A stretch of DNA of 64,000 nucleotides from Candidatus Melainabacteria bacterium 17Bon1m (GTDB lineage: Bacteria > Cyanobacteriota > Vampirovibrionia > Obscuribacterales > Obscuribacteraceae): the NCBI GenBank assembly GCA_032128875.1, contig JAVLKG010000003.1, positions 1,035,757 through 1,099,756 on the forward strand, in the 5' to 3' direction. Made by a program: the position numbers and the translations under genes. The notes below the pieces were generated by a model that saw only the letters and a program-made list of their open reading frames with translations, was not told the DNA's origin and did not search any database. Below are positions 7,711-16,618 of this stretch, piece after piece; positions within the stretch are counted from its first letter, which is position 1; each line of letters opens with the position of its first letter.

Positions 7711-7783
7711 TGGAGCGTACCGGGGTCGAACCGGTGACCTCTTCAATGCCATTGAAGCGCGCTACCAACTGCGCTAACGCCCC
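7711..7783 (-). tRNA. tRNA-Ala(GGC); probable prophage attachment site
   Basis: GGGGCGT/ACGCTCC acceptor stem with G3:U70; D arm; CTTCA-ATGGCAT-TGAAG anticodon arm; ACCGG-TTCGACC-CCGGT T arm; discriminator A; CCA not encoded. Confidence 0.98.
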
Positions 7784-7889
7784 GTCAGGAAGTGGTTATA
7801 CCATAAACGCTTTAGGAAGGCACGCAAAGGCAAGGTGAGCCTTAACGGAATGAATTTTGCAGCAAACCAGGCGATGTATCGCTTCGCCC

Positions 7890-9062
7890 TTAAGCTTTGC
7901 GGCTAATTTCCACAGGCGTTACGAGTTCGCCTAGTTCATTTATTTGCGCTTCAGAATTGGACGCTGAAGGGCAGGTTCCGCAGCCGGCGCCTTGATTAGT
8001 CCCGCTCATAGGGTTGGCCGGCAGTTTTGCAATTGCTTTGTCTTTACTACCGGGCAGCATCCTTGTCAGGTTGAGTCCTGTTCTGGCTTCAACGTACTGT
8101 TTGGCTTTTTCCTTGCCCCAGCGCAATTTGCTCTTCACATTGAGAAGGAAATATTTGTCGGGCGGCCACAAGAACGAAGTCTCGAAATAACACCAAATAG
8201 TGCATCCCTGGCAAAAGTCCCACGAACCTTCTTCCGATCGTTTCTTCTGCACCGGTGGGCTTCGCCACAGCTCATCCAGGTTGGAGCGACCGTTTTCGTG
8301 TTTGATCTTCAGCCTTTCATCGTGCATGTGATAGCACGGCAAGAGCAGATGATCGTCAGGTGAGATAACTATGGTTGATGAAACCGCCCGGCAGCGCGGG
8401 CTTTTGACCTGATTGCCGCCATTCAGGTAAAACTCGAGAAACGCCCAGTTAACACAGACATTGTCGAATTTAGCCAGTCTTTGAAGTTCTTTGATGCCTT
8501 CTTTGTGCAGCAATTCGTTGCCGCAGAAATCGAAGACCGGTCCTAGAAGCACTACGACGCCCAATTCTTGCGCCAGCCTGATGACAGGTTCCATGCCCCA
8601 GATAGATTCTTGCGTCGCCGTGGCAATGATAGATGGGCGCTCGCCAAGGCTGCGTGCAAGCTTTAAGCTTTCAACAACTTTGTCGTATCCGTCGATGCCG
8701 CGCTCAGCCTTGTATTCATCTCGATCTGTGGTTGAAAGCGAGAATTTCAAATCGTCGACCAGTCCGACAAGTTCTTTTGCCATGCGCGGATAGAGTGTTC
8801 CGGTGTTGGCAAGGCTGGTGAAGAACCCCATTGCTTTGGCTGCCCGCAAGACTTCCGGCAAGTATCTGTAGATAAGCGGTTCGCCACCGGTGAAATCAAG
8901 AACTTTCACACCCAGACGTTTGAGCGCTGCCAGGTTTTCAATGATTGTCTCTGGCTGACTTTCTTTGATGCGAATGTTTTCCGGCTTAATAGGAATGTCG
9001 CAATAGGTGCAGCGCGAATTGCACTTATAAGTGAGGTAATAGTTGGCAAGGATAGGCGGCAC
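7890..9062 (-). CDS. Radical SAM protein with SPASM/twitch-like C-terminal Cys cluster
   Basis: CNSRCTYC, TGGEP, C...LPC...CQGCTIWC; GTG start. Confidence 0.9.
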   Translation of the reverse strand: MPPILANYYLTYKCNSRCTYCDIPIKPENIRIKESQPETIIENLAALKRLGVKVLDFTGGEPLIYRYLPEVLRAAKAMGFFTSLANTGTLYPRMAKELVGLVDDLKFSLSTTDRDEYKAERGIDGYDKVVESLKLARSLGERPSIIATATQESIWGMEPVIRLAQELGVVVLLGPVFDFCGNELLHKEGIKELQRLAKFDNVCVNWAFLEFYLNGGNQVKSPRCRAVSSTIVISPDDHLLLPCYHMHDERLKIKHENGRSNLDELWRSPPVQKKRSEEGSWDFCQGCTIWCYFETSFLWPPDKYFLLNVKSKLRWGKEKAKQYVEARTGLNLTRMLPGSKDKAIAKLPANPMSGTNQGAGCGTCPSASNSEAQINELGELVTPVEISRKA

Positions 9063-9318
9063 TGTCTAAAGCTCGATTCTTGTGGCTTGGTATTGGCGCG
9101 ACTCGGTATTAGTCAGTTGGTTCCAAAAAGTTTGGGCTTCTCTTGCCAACCTGTTGCGTGTCACTGCTATAGGGCGCCGGCTGGCAGTCGAAAGACTGTA
9201 GAGGGCGGTCAGGGTTGTTTTATACAAATACAGTATATTAAAGCCGCTAGCGGCTACATTATCTGGTTGCCAGGTATGGGCGACTTTCGCTAAATAACTT
9301 CTATAAAGTAGGTTTTCT

Positions 9319-9873
9319 GTGCGCCATCCTCGTCTGCTAAAAAGAGAAGATTCCGTTCTTCTCATCGTTGATGTTCAAGAAAGTTTTCGCTCGAACATTC
9401 AAAACTTTGCCGATTTGACCCGCAACATCACGATAATGGCGGAAGCGGCGAAGATTTTGAAATTGCCTGTAGTGGTTACGGAGCAGTATCCTCAAGGTCT
9501 AGGCAACATTGTGGCCGAGATTTCAGCTTGCTTGGGAGAGCACAAACTGTTTGAAAAAAGTTGCTTCAGCTGCTGTGGCAACGAACAGTTTATGTCTTAT
9601 CTGGAAGGCACGGGGCGCAAACAGATTGTTGTGACTGGGATTGAAGCACATGTTTGCATCAATCAAACAGTTCACGATCTTATGGAAGCAGGGTATCAGG
9701 TCCATCTCGTTACAGATGCTGTATCGAGCCGTAGTCAGAAGAATCGCGAAGTCGGAATTGAAAAAATGCTGCAATCCGGCGCCATTCCTTCATCTGTAGA
9801 GGCTGCACTTTTTGAAATGTTGGTCGAAGCAAATACAGAAACGTTCAAAGCCGTGCAGCGACTCGTTAAATAG
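9319..9873 (+). CDS. Isochorismatase-family hydrolase
   Basis: LLIVDVQE, TEQYPQGLG, EKSCFSC, GIEAHVC, DAVSSR. Confidence 0.92.
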   Translation: MRHPRLLKREDSVLLIVDVQESFRSNIQNFADLTRNITIMAEAAKILKLPVVVTEQYPQGLGNIVAEISACLGEHKLFEKSCFSCCGNEQFMSYLEGTGRKQIVVTGIEAHVCINQTVHDLMEAGYQVHLVTDAVSSRSQKNREVGIEKMLQSGAIPSSVEAALFEMLVEANTETFKAVQRLVK

Positions 9874-10076
9874 CATCGAGACATCGAACCGCTGGTGGTG
9901 GCGTACTAAATCTGTTGCAGTATCCACGCGCACCCTGTCGAATTTGCTCAAATTGCAGCATTGCTGCATTGCATTGCGAAACTTAGCTAAATTAGCATTA
10001 TCCCTTGGATAGTTCGCTCGCAATGTGATTTACTTTTGCGCGGAAGCTTGCCAATATTAAAGACGTCAAGCGATTT

Positions 10077-12119
10077 ATGGAAACCCCCGGTATGCGAAAT
10101 TATTCTCCATTGGTGCCCAGGCGTGCGGGTGCATTGGGAGCGCTTTTGTCGTTGTCATGCATACTTAGTTATGCGCCATGTTACTTAGGCGGCTTGCCGG
10201 TACTTGCTCAAACGACTGCTCCTTCAGGCAATCCCAACGATCAGCTTACTCAGCCGTCCAATCCGCCTCAAACTGCTGTTCCGGCTGGACCTCAGCCCTC
10301 CATGCCATTGCAGCCGTCGGTTCCATATAAAGTTGAGCCGCAGAGCACTGGTTCTGGCTCTGCGATCAATCCGCAAAATCCGGCTTCCGGCAACGATGGT
10401 TTGCCCAGCGGTGCAAGGGTTGAATCAGAGTTGAACTATGGGCAAGGCACGAGTGAAGAAACGGTAAAGCAGGAGTTGAATACTTCTCCACTTTCTCCTT
10501 TTTTCCGTAAGCAAGAAACCCAAATTATCGAAGGTCAAGCAACCGATTTCAGAAATAAATATCTGGTCGGTGAAGCAATTGAGTTGCAGCTTCCCAAGCC
10601 GGAGCAGATGATTCCGCTTGGAGGCAGGTTGCCTCCAATTCGATTGGAAGCTAGCTATACACAACCTGTTGGTTTGAAGGATGTATTGCAGTACGCCATC
10701 GGCAACAACCTCGATATTCGCATTCAGCAAGAACAAGTAAACACCGAGAGATGGCGGTTAGGAGCGCAAATGGGGCGCTTCTTGCCAGACACGATCATGG
10801 ATTACCAATCGCAGTATATCCAGGGTTCGCAATTACTCGGTGGAACAATTCCAATTGCGTTTGCTACGCCGAACGTGCTTACCCATGCTGGTTTTCGCTA
10901 CTACGGATTCCGTGGCGGCAGTGTTATGTTCGGCACGCTTGCGCAGCTTCATAATTACAAAGCCTCAAAGCAACAACTGAAAGCCAATGTAAATGACACT
11001 CTTATGGAGGTCGCGCGTCAGTATTACAACATGATTCGCAACCAGGCTTTGCTGCAAATTCAAACTCGCGCAGTAGAAGTGTCGAAAGCGCAGGTCTTAC
11101 TCAACCAGCAATTACAGAGAGCCGGCACCGGGACTAAATTCCAAGTCCTTCAGGCAGAAACACAGTTGGCTCGCGACGAACAAAATCTGCTTACTCAGCA
11201 GGTCGAATTGCGCCGCACTGCAATTAGACTCGCTGTTTCGCTCAACTTGAACAGCAGCGTAAACCTGCTTTCACTCGAGCCTGAAGTGAGAAAGACGCGC
11301 CTTTTTGATCCAAACCTAGATATCAATCGCATCATTGCACTGACGATATTAAACCGACCTGAATTGCGACAATTTGAAGAGCTTCGCCTTGCCGCGCGCA
11401 GACAAGTTCAAGTGGCTGCTGCTCCTCTTTATCCCCGCTTTTCATTCTTCGGCACCATTACCGGAAGCGGTCAAACTCTCAGTCAAAAGTATGCATTCGT
11501 GCCTGGCTCTTTCCGCGATGTTCCTGTAACCGGTCCTGCACCACAGGGAAATGTTATTGACGTAACGCAGGGCAACGGCAATAACCCGACTGGAAACATC
11601 AATCAATTCGTCAATCCGGCATTGAATGCTACTCTCACTCAGGCTGGTGAAGTTTTTACCCCGCCAAGCTTTGTTTCGCGTCAGATTCGACCGTCTTACG
11701 CGATCGGCTGGTTATTGGACTGGAACTACGAAGGTCTTGGTGTTCCCACAGCCGCAACCGTTGGCGCTCAAAAGGCTCAAGCTCGCCAAGCACTGTTGCG
11801 CTCTAACCAAACGCTGATAAATGTTTTGCAAGAAGTTCGTGACGCTTATCTGACAAGCCAAACCGCCGAAAGGCAGATCGAAGTGGCGACAAAAGGCGTT
11901 TTATCATCGGCGGAAGAACTTCGTCTTGCTCGTGTGCGTCTGGCAAATGGCGTAGGGACTAACATCGACGTCATTAACGCTCAGCGCGATTTCACTCAGG
12001 CCCTGGTCACAAAGGCAGACGCCATTGTGGTTTTCAACATCGCTCAAGCGCAACTTCTGAGAAATATGGGTTTAATATCAGTAGATAATCTGACTTCCGG
12101 AAGACTTGTGACTCAATAA
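10077..12119 (+). CDS. TolC-family outer membrane channel protein
   Basis: Signal peptide, Pro-rich linker, two OEP repeats (AGTGTKFQVLQAE; NGVGTNIDVINAQ). Confidence 0.88.
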   Translation: METPGMRNYSPLVPRRAGALGALLSLSCILSYAPCYLGGLPVLAQTTAPSGNPNDQLTQPSNPPQTAVPAGPQPSMPLQPSVPYKVEPQSTGSGSAINPQNPASGNDGLPSGARVESELNYGQGTSEETVKQELNTSPLSPFFRKQETQIIEGQATDFRNKYLVGEAIELQLPKPEQMIPLGGRLPPIRLEASYTQPVGLKDVLQYAIGNNLDIRIQQEQVNTERWRLGAQMGRFLPDTIMDYQSQYIQGSQLLGGTIPIAFATPNVLTHAGFRYYGFRGGSVMFGTLAQLHNYKASKQQLKANVNDTLMEVARQYYNMIRNQALLQIQTRAVEVSKAQVLLNQQLQRAGTGTKFQVLQAETQLARDEQNLLTQQVELRRTAIRLAVSLNLNSSVNLLSLEPEVRKTRLFDPNLDINRIIALTILNRPELRQFEELRLAARRQVQVAAAPLYPRFSFFGTITGSGQTLSQKYAFVPGSFRDVPVTGPAPQGNVIDVTQGNGNNPTGNINQFVNPALNATLTQAGEVFTPPSFVSRQIRPSYAIGWLLDWNYEGLGVPTAATVGAQKAQARQALLRSNQTLINVLQEVRDAYLTSQTAERQIEVATKGVLSSAEELRLARVRLANGVGTNIDVINAQRDFTQALVTKADAIVVFNIAQAQLLRNMGLISVDNLTSGRLVTQ

Positions 12120-12223
12120 CCGTTATGTAATGACATTTTCTGGGATTGATGTCACAGGGGGAGATACCTAGCAGGCCCCTCGGAATCCCAGGTCTATCGT
12201 GGACTATTTTGAGGAGTGCTCCC

Positions 12224-13399
12224 TTGGCGGACAAGAACCTCATAGGCATGATTGGCGGATTGCTGAAACGCTCTCGCAGCGAAACAGGCGGTCCCAAGCT
12301 CTTTCGCCTTAAAGAGACGAACCTGGTTCGCCCTGACGATGACATCACGGGCGAAGAGCAGCAAGTTGCCAGAGAGCAAAGCTACACAGACCTTTGGTTG
12401 TCGGCACTCGACACTTCCAATGCCAAAGAGAAGAAACCTCGTTTGGCTGGCGCTGCAGCCGGCAGTGCGCGGCGCGGGCCGTCCAATCCCGATTTGAGTT
12501 TTACCGATGTCTGGATGAAGTCTCTGGCACCACCGCCGGAGGCGTTTGCGGAGTCGCAGGCTGATCCCGAACGTCTGAAAGAAGGCTCAGACCTCAAAGA
12601 AGGCGATTACAAGGTTCTTTTCCAGGTCGATAGACCGGGCTTCGGAAATTCGTATCTGGTATCGCACCAGGTCATGGATGCGGAAGGCAACTTCCTGAAG
12701 AAGGTCGCAGTCTTGAAGCGTTATCACCTTGTAGAGCCTAAAGATCCCGATATGCCGGACTCTGCGAGCCGTTTTATGAAGTATGCAAAACGGCTTGCCA
12801 AAATCGATCACCCCAATATCGTTCCGGTGCTCGACTACTTTGTCGAGGGTGATTACGGTTACCTGGTTCACCAATATTTGGAAGGTTTCTCTTTAAAGAA
12901 ACAAATTCGGCAACTTGGTCCGCTGGACGAAAAGACAGTCATTGGGCTGCTTTTGCAGATGACTGATGTGGTTGGACACCTGCATGACCAGCCATCGCCG
13001 GTGGTGCATATTGATCTGACCCCGGATATTTTGCAAATGTGGCGCGGCAACACTTTGAAGTTGATCGATCTCGGTCCGGACCCCAGTCGCGGCATCTTCA
13101 CTGCCCGCGCAGGCAAGAGCTACATGAAGTATTTGGCTCCCGAGCGTCTCACATCGAAGCCGGACGAACGCACCAATATGTATTCCATGGGTGCAACGCT
13201 CTTCTTCCTCATTACCGGCAGATCGCCTGTGAAAGGCGTTGAGGCGCTCCATCCGCGCTCTTACAACAAGCGCGTTAGTCATCAATTGGATGCAATAATT
13301 GCCCGCCTGACCGCTGCCGACTTCCGCGATCGTTATGCCAGCATAGCCGAGCTAAAAGACTGCGCCTTCATGGCTCAGCTCTTTTACGGCACTAAATAA
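12224..13399 (+). CDS. Ser/Thr protein kinase-fold protein with degenerate catalytic motifs
   Basis: AVLK, HPNIV, HIDLTPD, LIDLG, YLAPE, YSMGATLFFLITG; TTG start after GAGGAG. Confidence 0.8.
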   Translation: MADKNLIGMIGGLLKRSRSETGGPKLFRLKETNLVRPDDDITGEEQQVAREQSYTDLWLSALDTSNAKEKKPRLAGAAAGSARRGPSNPDLSFTDVWMKSLAPPPEAFAESQADPERLKEGSDLKEGDYKVLFQVDRPGFGNSYLVSHQVMDAEGNFLKKVAVLKRYHLVEPKDPDMPDSASRFMKYAKRLAKIDHPNIVPVLDYFVEGDYGYLVHQYLEGFSLKKQIRQLGPLDEKTVIGLLLQMTDVVGHLHDQPSPVVHIDLTPDILQMWRGNTLKLIDLGPDPSRGIFTARAGKSYMKYLAPERLTSKPDERTNMYSMGATLFFLITGRSPVKGVEALHPRSYNKRVSHQLDAIIARLTAADFRDRYASIAELKDCAFMAQLFYGTK

Positions 13400-13405
13400 G
13401 CGTTT

Positions 13406-14098
13406 TTATTCGACCAGATAGATCTTGTTGGGCAGTTTTTCGCAGTCTATTGCATGGCCGCCGGCCAGGTCAGACCACTGGTCTCCGATGTTGACCACAA
13501 TAGTGAAGCCCATCTTTTCCACTTCTTCTCGCAGCGGTACTTTCACCGACTCTGCACCGCCACGGTCGCCTTCCTTTCTCATCAGCAGACCGTCGTAGGC
13601 GACTTGCCGTTTGACCAAGTTGGCAATTGTGTCCGCCCTCAAGCCCTCACGGCGCCCTGTGATGAAGAAAATCGCAAAGCCGTTCTTCCTCGCCCAAGTC
13701 AAAAACTTGGCGGTTTTGGGAAGCAGCGGGGCGTCTGCTTTCTTGATCCACGCTTCAAAGGCTGGCCAGTTAAACTTTGGTGTCGCATCAAAGTGAGGGC
13801 GATTGTCTATTAGAGTCTCGTCCAGGTCGCTTACAACCGCGCCAAACCCTTTTACCTTGCCGGCTTCCTTGTTTTTGAGAAACTGCTTGCAAGCTGCATA
13901 GGCGTCGTCGATTGCCTTCTCTGTTTCCTTCTTGTACTCAGGCGTCTTGCTGAAGTCCAAACCGATGCGATTGCCGAAGTCCTTTTCCACCAAGGGCGGC
14001 GGCTTTACGTCATTGGCCGGCAGGCTAAAACTCGGCTGGCAGACCAAACAGGACGAGGCAATGCTGAGGACCAGCGCGGTTCTAATTGGAAATAGCAA
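13406..14098 (-). CDS. HAD-superfamily acid phosphatase (subfamily IIIB), secreted
   Basis: DLDETLIDN, ITGR, IGDQWSDL, KLPN..Y. Confidence 0.9.
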   Translation of the reverse strand: MLFPIRTALVLSIASSCLVCQPSFSLPANDVKPPPLVEKDFGNRIGLDFSKTPEYKKETEKAIDDAYAACKQFLKNKEAGKVKGFGAVVSDLDETLIDNRPHFDATPKFNWPAFEAWIKKADAPLLPKTAKFLTWARKNGFAIFFITGRREGLRADTIANLVKRQVAYDGLLMRKEGDRGGAESVKVPLREEVEKMGFTIVVNIGDQWSDLAGGHAIDCEKLPNKIYLVE

Positions 14099-14204
14099 GA
14101 TGCTTCACCAGGGAAAGGGTGTGAATGGCAGCGCGAAAGCCAAGAAAGCCAAATTCAAATGGATTTGCTCACTTGCGTGCGACAGCCAGGGATATTCTAC
14201 GCGC

Positions 14205-14468
14205 TTACGCTCCGCGCATGCTGACGCCGCGACCCATTGCGTAAGTCGTGTGACCAATGCAAGTCTTTTCTTTCCCGGACGATTTCGTAACTTCGATAGT
14301 CTGTTGTTCTTTAGGCGCTTCGGCTTCTGCGTCCACGTAGTGGCCCCAGTAAGTGACACCTACTTTGAATTTCTTGTCTTTGCGCTCTGGGAGAAACCTC
14401 TGCGGTTCTGCAATGGCAACGAGCAGCACAAGTGCCACAATTCCGCCGAATATATAGAAGAAATCCAT
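14205..14468 (-). CDS. Small membrane protein
   Basis: N-terminal TM helix; RBS-like GAGG. Confidence 0.6.
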   Translation of the reverse strand: MDFFYIFGGIVALVLLVAIAEPQRFLPERKDKKFKVGVTYWGHYVDAEAEAPKEQQTIEVTKSSGKEKTCIGHTTYAMGRGVSMRGA

Positions 14469-14785
14469 CTGCCTCACCCGTCCTTATGGGTCTACCGCCC
14501 CCTCCCCAAAATTCAAGGCGGGATTAGCCCCGGCTTTTCGCCTAAGGCAAGCGGTATGGTCTTCCTCTGGTTTCTCACCGCCACCAGGGCGCGGAAATCA
14601 AGTGGATATAGATTAAATGAAAGCTTTTGGGTTGTCCATGGGAAATGCCCCAATTTGGACGGGAAAGAGCTTAAAAAGTGGAAATAGTGGGCGTTTTCGG
14701 GCTTTCCTTGCAAAACTTTTAGGCTGGCGGGCTCCAGGGGAGCAGGAAGACGGTGGTAATCGGACACTCAATCCCTAATCGTCAA

Positions 14786-14870
14786 TCTCCTCCTTCTCGC
14801 CTTTCGCCTTTCGCCTTTTCGCCTTCTCGCCTATTCGCCTTCTCGCCTTCCCGCCTATCGTCTTTCGCCC
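14786..14870. repeat. Short tandem repeat tract (TTCGCCT/TCTCGCCT, about 9-10 imperfect units)
   Basis: tctcgcctttcgcctttcgccttttcgccttctcgcctattcgccttctcgccttcccgcct. Confidence 0.85.
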
Positions 14871-14955
14871 ATCAGAACTTTCCGCCCAGGTCAAAAACTG
14901 GGCACCGTATCCGGTGACCAGCGAAAGTTCTAAATTCAGACTGCATTCTTTGACG

Positions 14956-15144
14956 TTAGCCGTTGCTGGCGTCGGGCGATGGTCTGTCGAATCCGTTCAG
15001 GTTGGCGATGATGTCCAGAGCAACTCGAGCTGCATCGGCAGTGCTTATCGACATGCCTGTCGTTTCGACCTTCTGCAAAATGGACAGGTAAACATCTACA
15101 AATTCGTCCGCCATTTCTTTTGACGATTTGTCCGTATAAGGCAT
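14956..15144 (-). CDS. Small hypothetical protein
   Basis: AAAGGAG RBS 6 nt before ATG; helical 62 aa product. Confidence 0.65.
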   Translation of the reverse strand: MPYTDKSSKEMADEFVDVYLSILQKVETTGMSISTADAARVALDIIANLNGFDRPSPDASNG

Positions 15145-15250
15145 TGCCAACTCCTTTTTTCTAGCGCTCGGTTGCGTGGTGTCTGATCATACTCAATAGC
15201 GCCCCGGAGATTGTGAGACGCCCTTGTTTACCGAGTGCAAGCCGAACAGC

Positions 15251-15280
15251 AAAAGAAAACGGCGCGGAAATACCGCGCCG
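15251..15280 (-). terminator. Rho-independent terminator
   Basis: CGGCGCGG-TATTT-CCGCGCCG followed by TTTTCTTTT. Confidence 0.8.
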
Positions 15281-15309
15281 CTATGGAGCTGTGAGTTGAA
15301 CGGGTCGGC

Positions 15310-15471
15310 TTATTGCTTAACCAGTTCTGCCAATTCGCTGTACATTCCTGCAATCTGAGCAGCAACGGTGGCGGAAGAATTTTCTTCTTGAGAGTATCTC
15401 GTGAATTCTTCTGCTTTCCGTTCAAACATTCCGAGCAATCTTTGGTTGAAATTGTTGATGTGATCGTTCAT
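15310..15471 (-). CDS. 53-aa small protein (not in the ORF track)
   Basis: MNDHINNFNQRLLGMFERKAEEFTRYSQEENSSATVAAQIAGMYSELAELVKQ; followed by a terminator; TTGACA upstream. Confidence 0.6.
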   Translation of the reverse strand: MNDHINNFNQRLLGMFERKAEEFTRYSQEENSSATVAAQIAGMYSELAELVKQ

Positions 15472-15891
15472 GGGGCGTGCTTTCTAGTAGGCTGTGACGC
15501 GGTTGCTGCAGGTGGGGTACCCGCCGCTTGGCTGATTTGTAATAGAAGAAGTTGAATTAATTTTGTCTCAAACGGATGTCAAGCTCAATAGGTTTTGAGC
15601 AAGTTTCCATGATTTATTCAAAAGTTTAATCAAGCAGCGTATATGTTTTCGATATTCGGGCGTGGTGGCGCAGGTGGTATTACCGCTGGTAGTCGCATTT
15701 AGACTCGACCAAAAATGCATCAAATTTGACCTTCCCTTAACCATCTTAAAGCCGCATGTAAAGCGCGTCTGTGTGGTATGAGTCCAGCTGGTTTTTGAGT
15801 GGTATCAAACTCGGTGACCGCCCTTTTTTGTAATTGATCCATCACCCGGTTGGATCGTTCATGCTACCCCCCGCGGTATCACTCCGAAAAC

Positions 15892-15923
15892 AAAAGTCGA
15901 GAGCATTCGCCCTCGACTTTTTT
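15892..15923. terminator. Bidirectional-type terminator downstream of HU
   Basis: AAAAGTCGAG...CTCGACTTTTTT. Confidence 0.75.
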
Positions 15924-15970
15924 ACTAGCTGACTAGCTCGCCTCTTTTCGAGTCCGAACTAAAAGATCAA

Positions 15971-16348
15971 TTAGCGCTTGCGGCCTTTCGATGCTTTGCT
16001 GGTCTTCTTGGCAGACTTTGCAGCCGGCTTGGAAGAAGACTTTGTTTGCGAAGCAAACGCTTTTTGGCGCGTGCTGCCATTGACGATGTCCTTGAGCTCT
16101 TGTCCGGCTCTGAAAGCAGGAACGCGGCTGGAAGGAATGCGCAATGGGGCGAGAGTTCTGGGGTTGCGACCAGTTCTGGCTTGACGGTTGCGTCTTTCAA
16201 ACGTACCGAAACCTACCAGCGTCACTTTTTCGCCCTTGCTGATAGCACCGGTGATGGTGTGCAGAAAGGTCGAGACCGTTTCGCTGACAATGGTCTTGGG
16301 TTGCCCGGTAAGCTCAGCAATTTCGCTGATCAGCTCAGCACGGTTCAT
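15971..16348 (-). CDS. hup: HU DNA-binding protein with Lys/Ala/Ser-rich C-terminal tail
   Basis: MNRAELI...VTLVGFGTF...ARTGRNPRT...PAFRAG.ELK; AAGGAGG RBS. Confidence 0.95.
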   Translation of the reverse strand: MNRAELISEIAELTGQPKTIVSETVSTFLHTITGAISKGEKVTLVGFGTFERRNRQARTGRNPRTLAPLRIPSSRVPAFRAGQELKDIVNGSTRQKAFASQTKSSSKPAAKSAKKTSKASKGRKR

Positions 16349-16618
16349 TCGATATCCTCCTTAAATGAAAAACCCAGTTTTTGGCTTCCAAGCTGCGGAT
16401 GTTATCACCCGTTAATACGTAAAACAAGCCAGAAGGCGCCCAAATCTTTTGATTACGGCGGTTTCGAGTCCTCACTGAATACCCCAAAAGCCATGCTGGA
16501 AATACGTTTTCAGGTTCATGCAAAAAACGCAAGTTTTATCTTCGCTGGCGTATCTGCCACGTATATACAGATTTCGGGCTCCAACAAGTTAAGATAGGAC
16601 TAGAAGAGTTATCGATAT

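Noticed and set aside
15490..15530. GGGTACCCCACCTGC resembling a Firmicutes 6S RNA segment
   Set aside because: Explained by a local hairpin in a small-gene leader; no long rod structure.
15879..15890. 12-bp match to an arm of the 27292-27337 inverted repeat
   Set aside because: A single 12-mer match is expected by chance in 64 kb.
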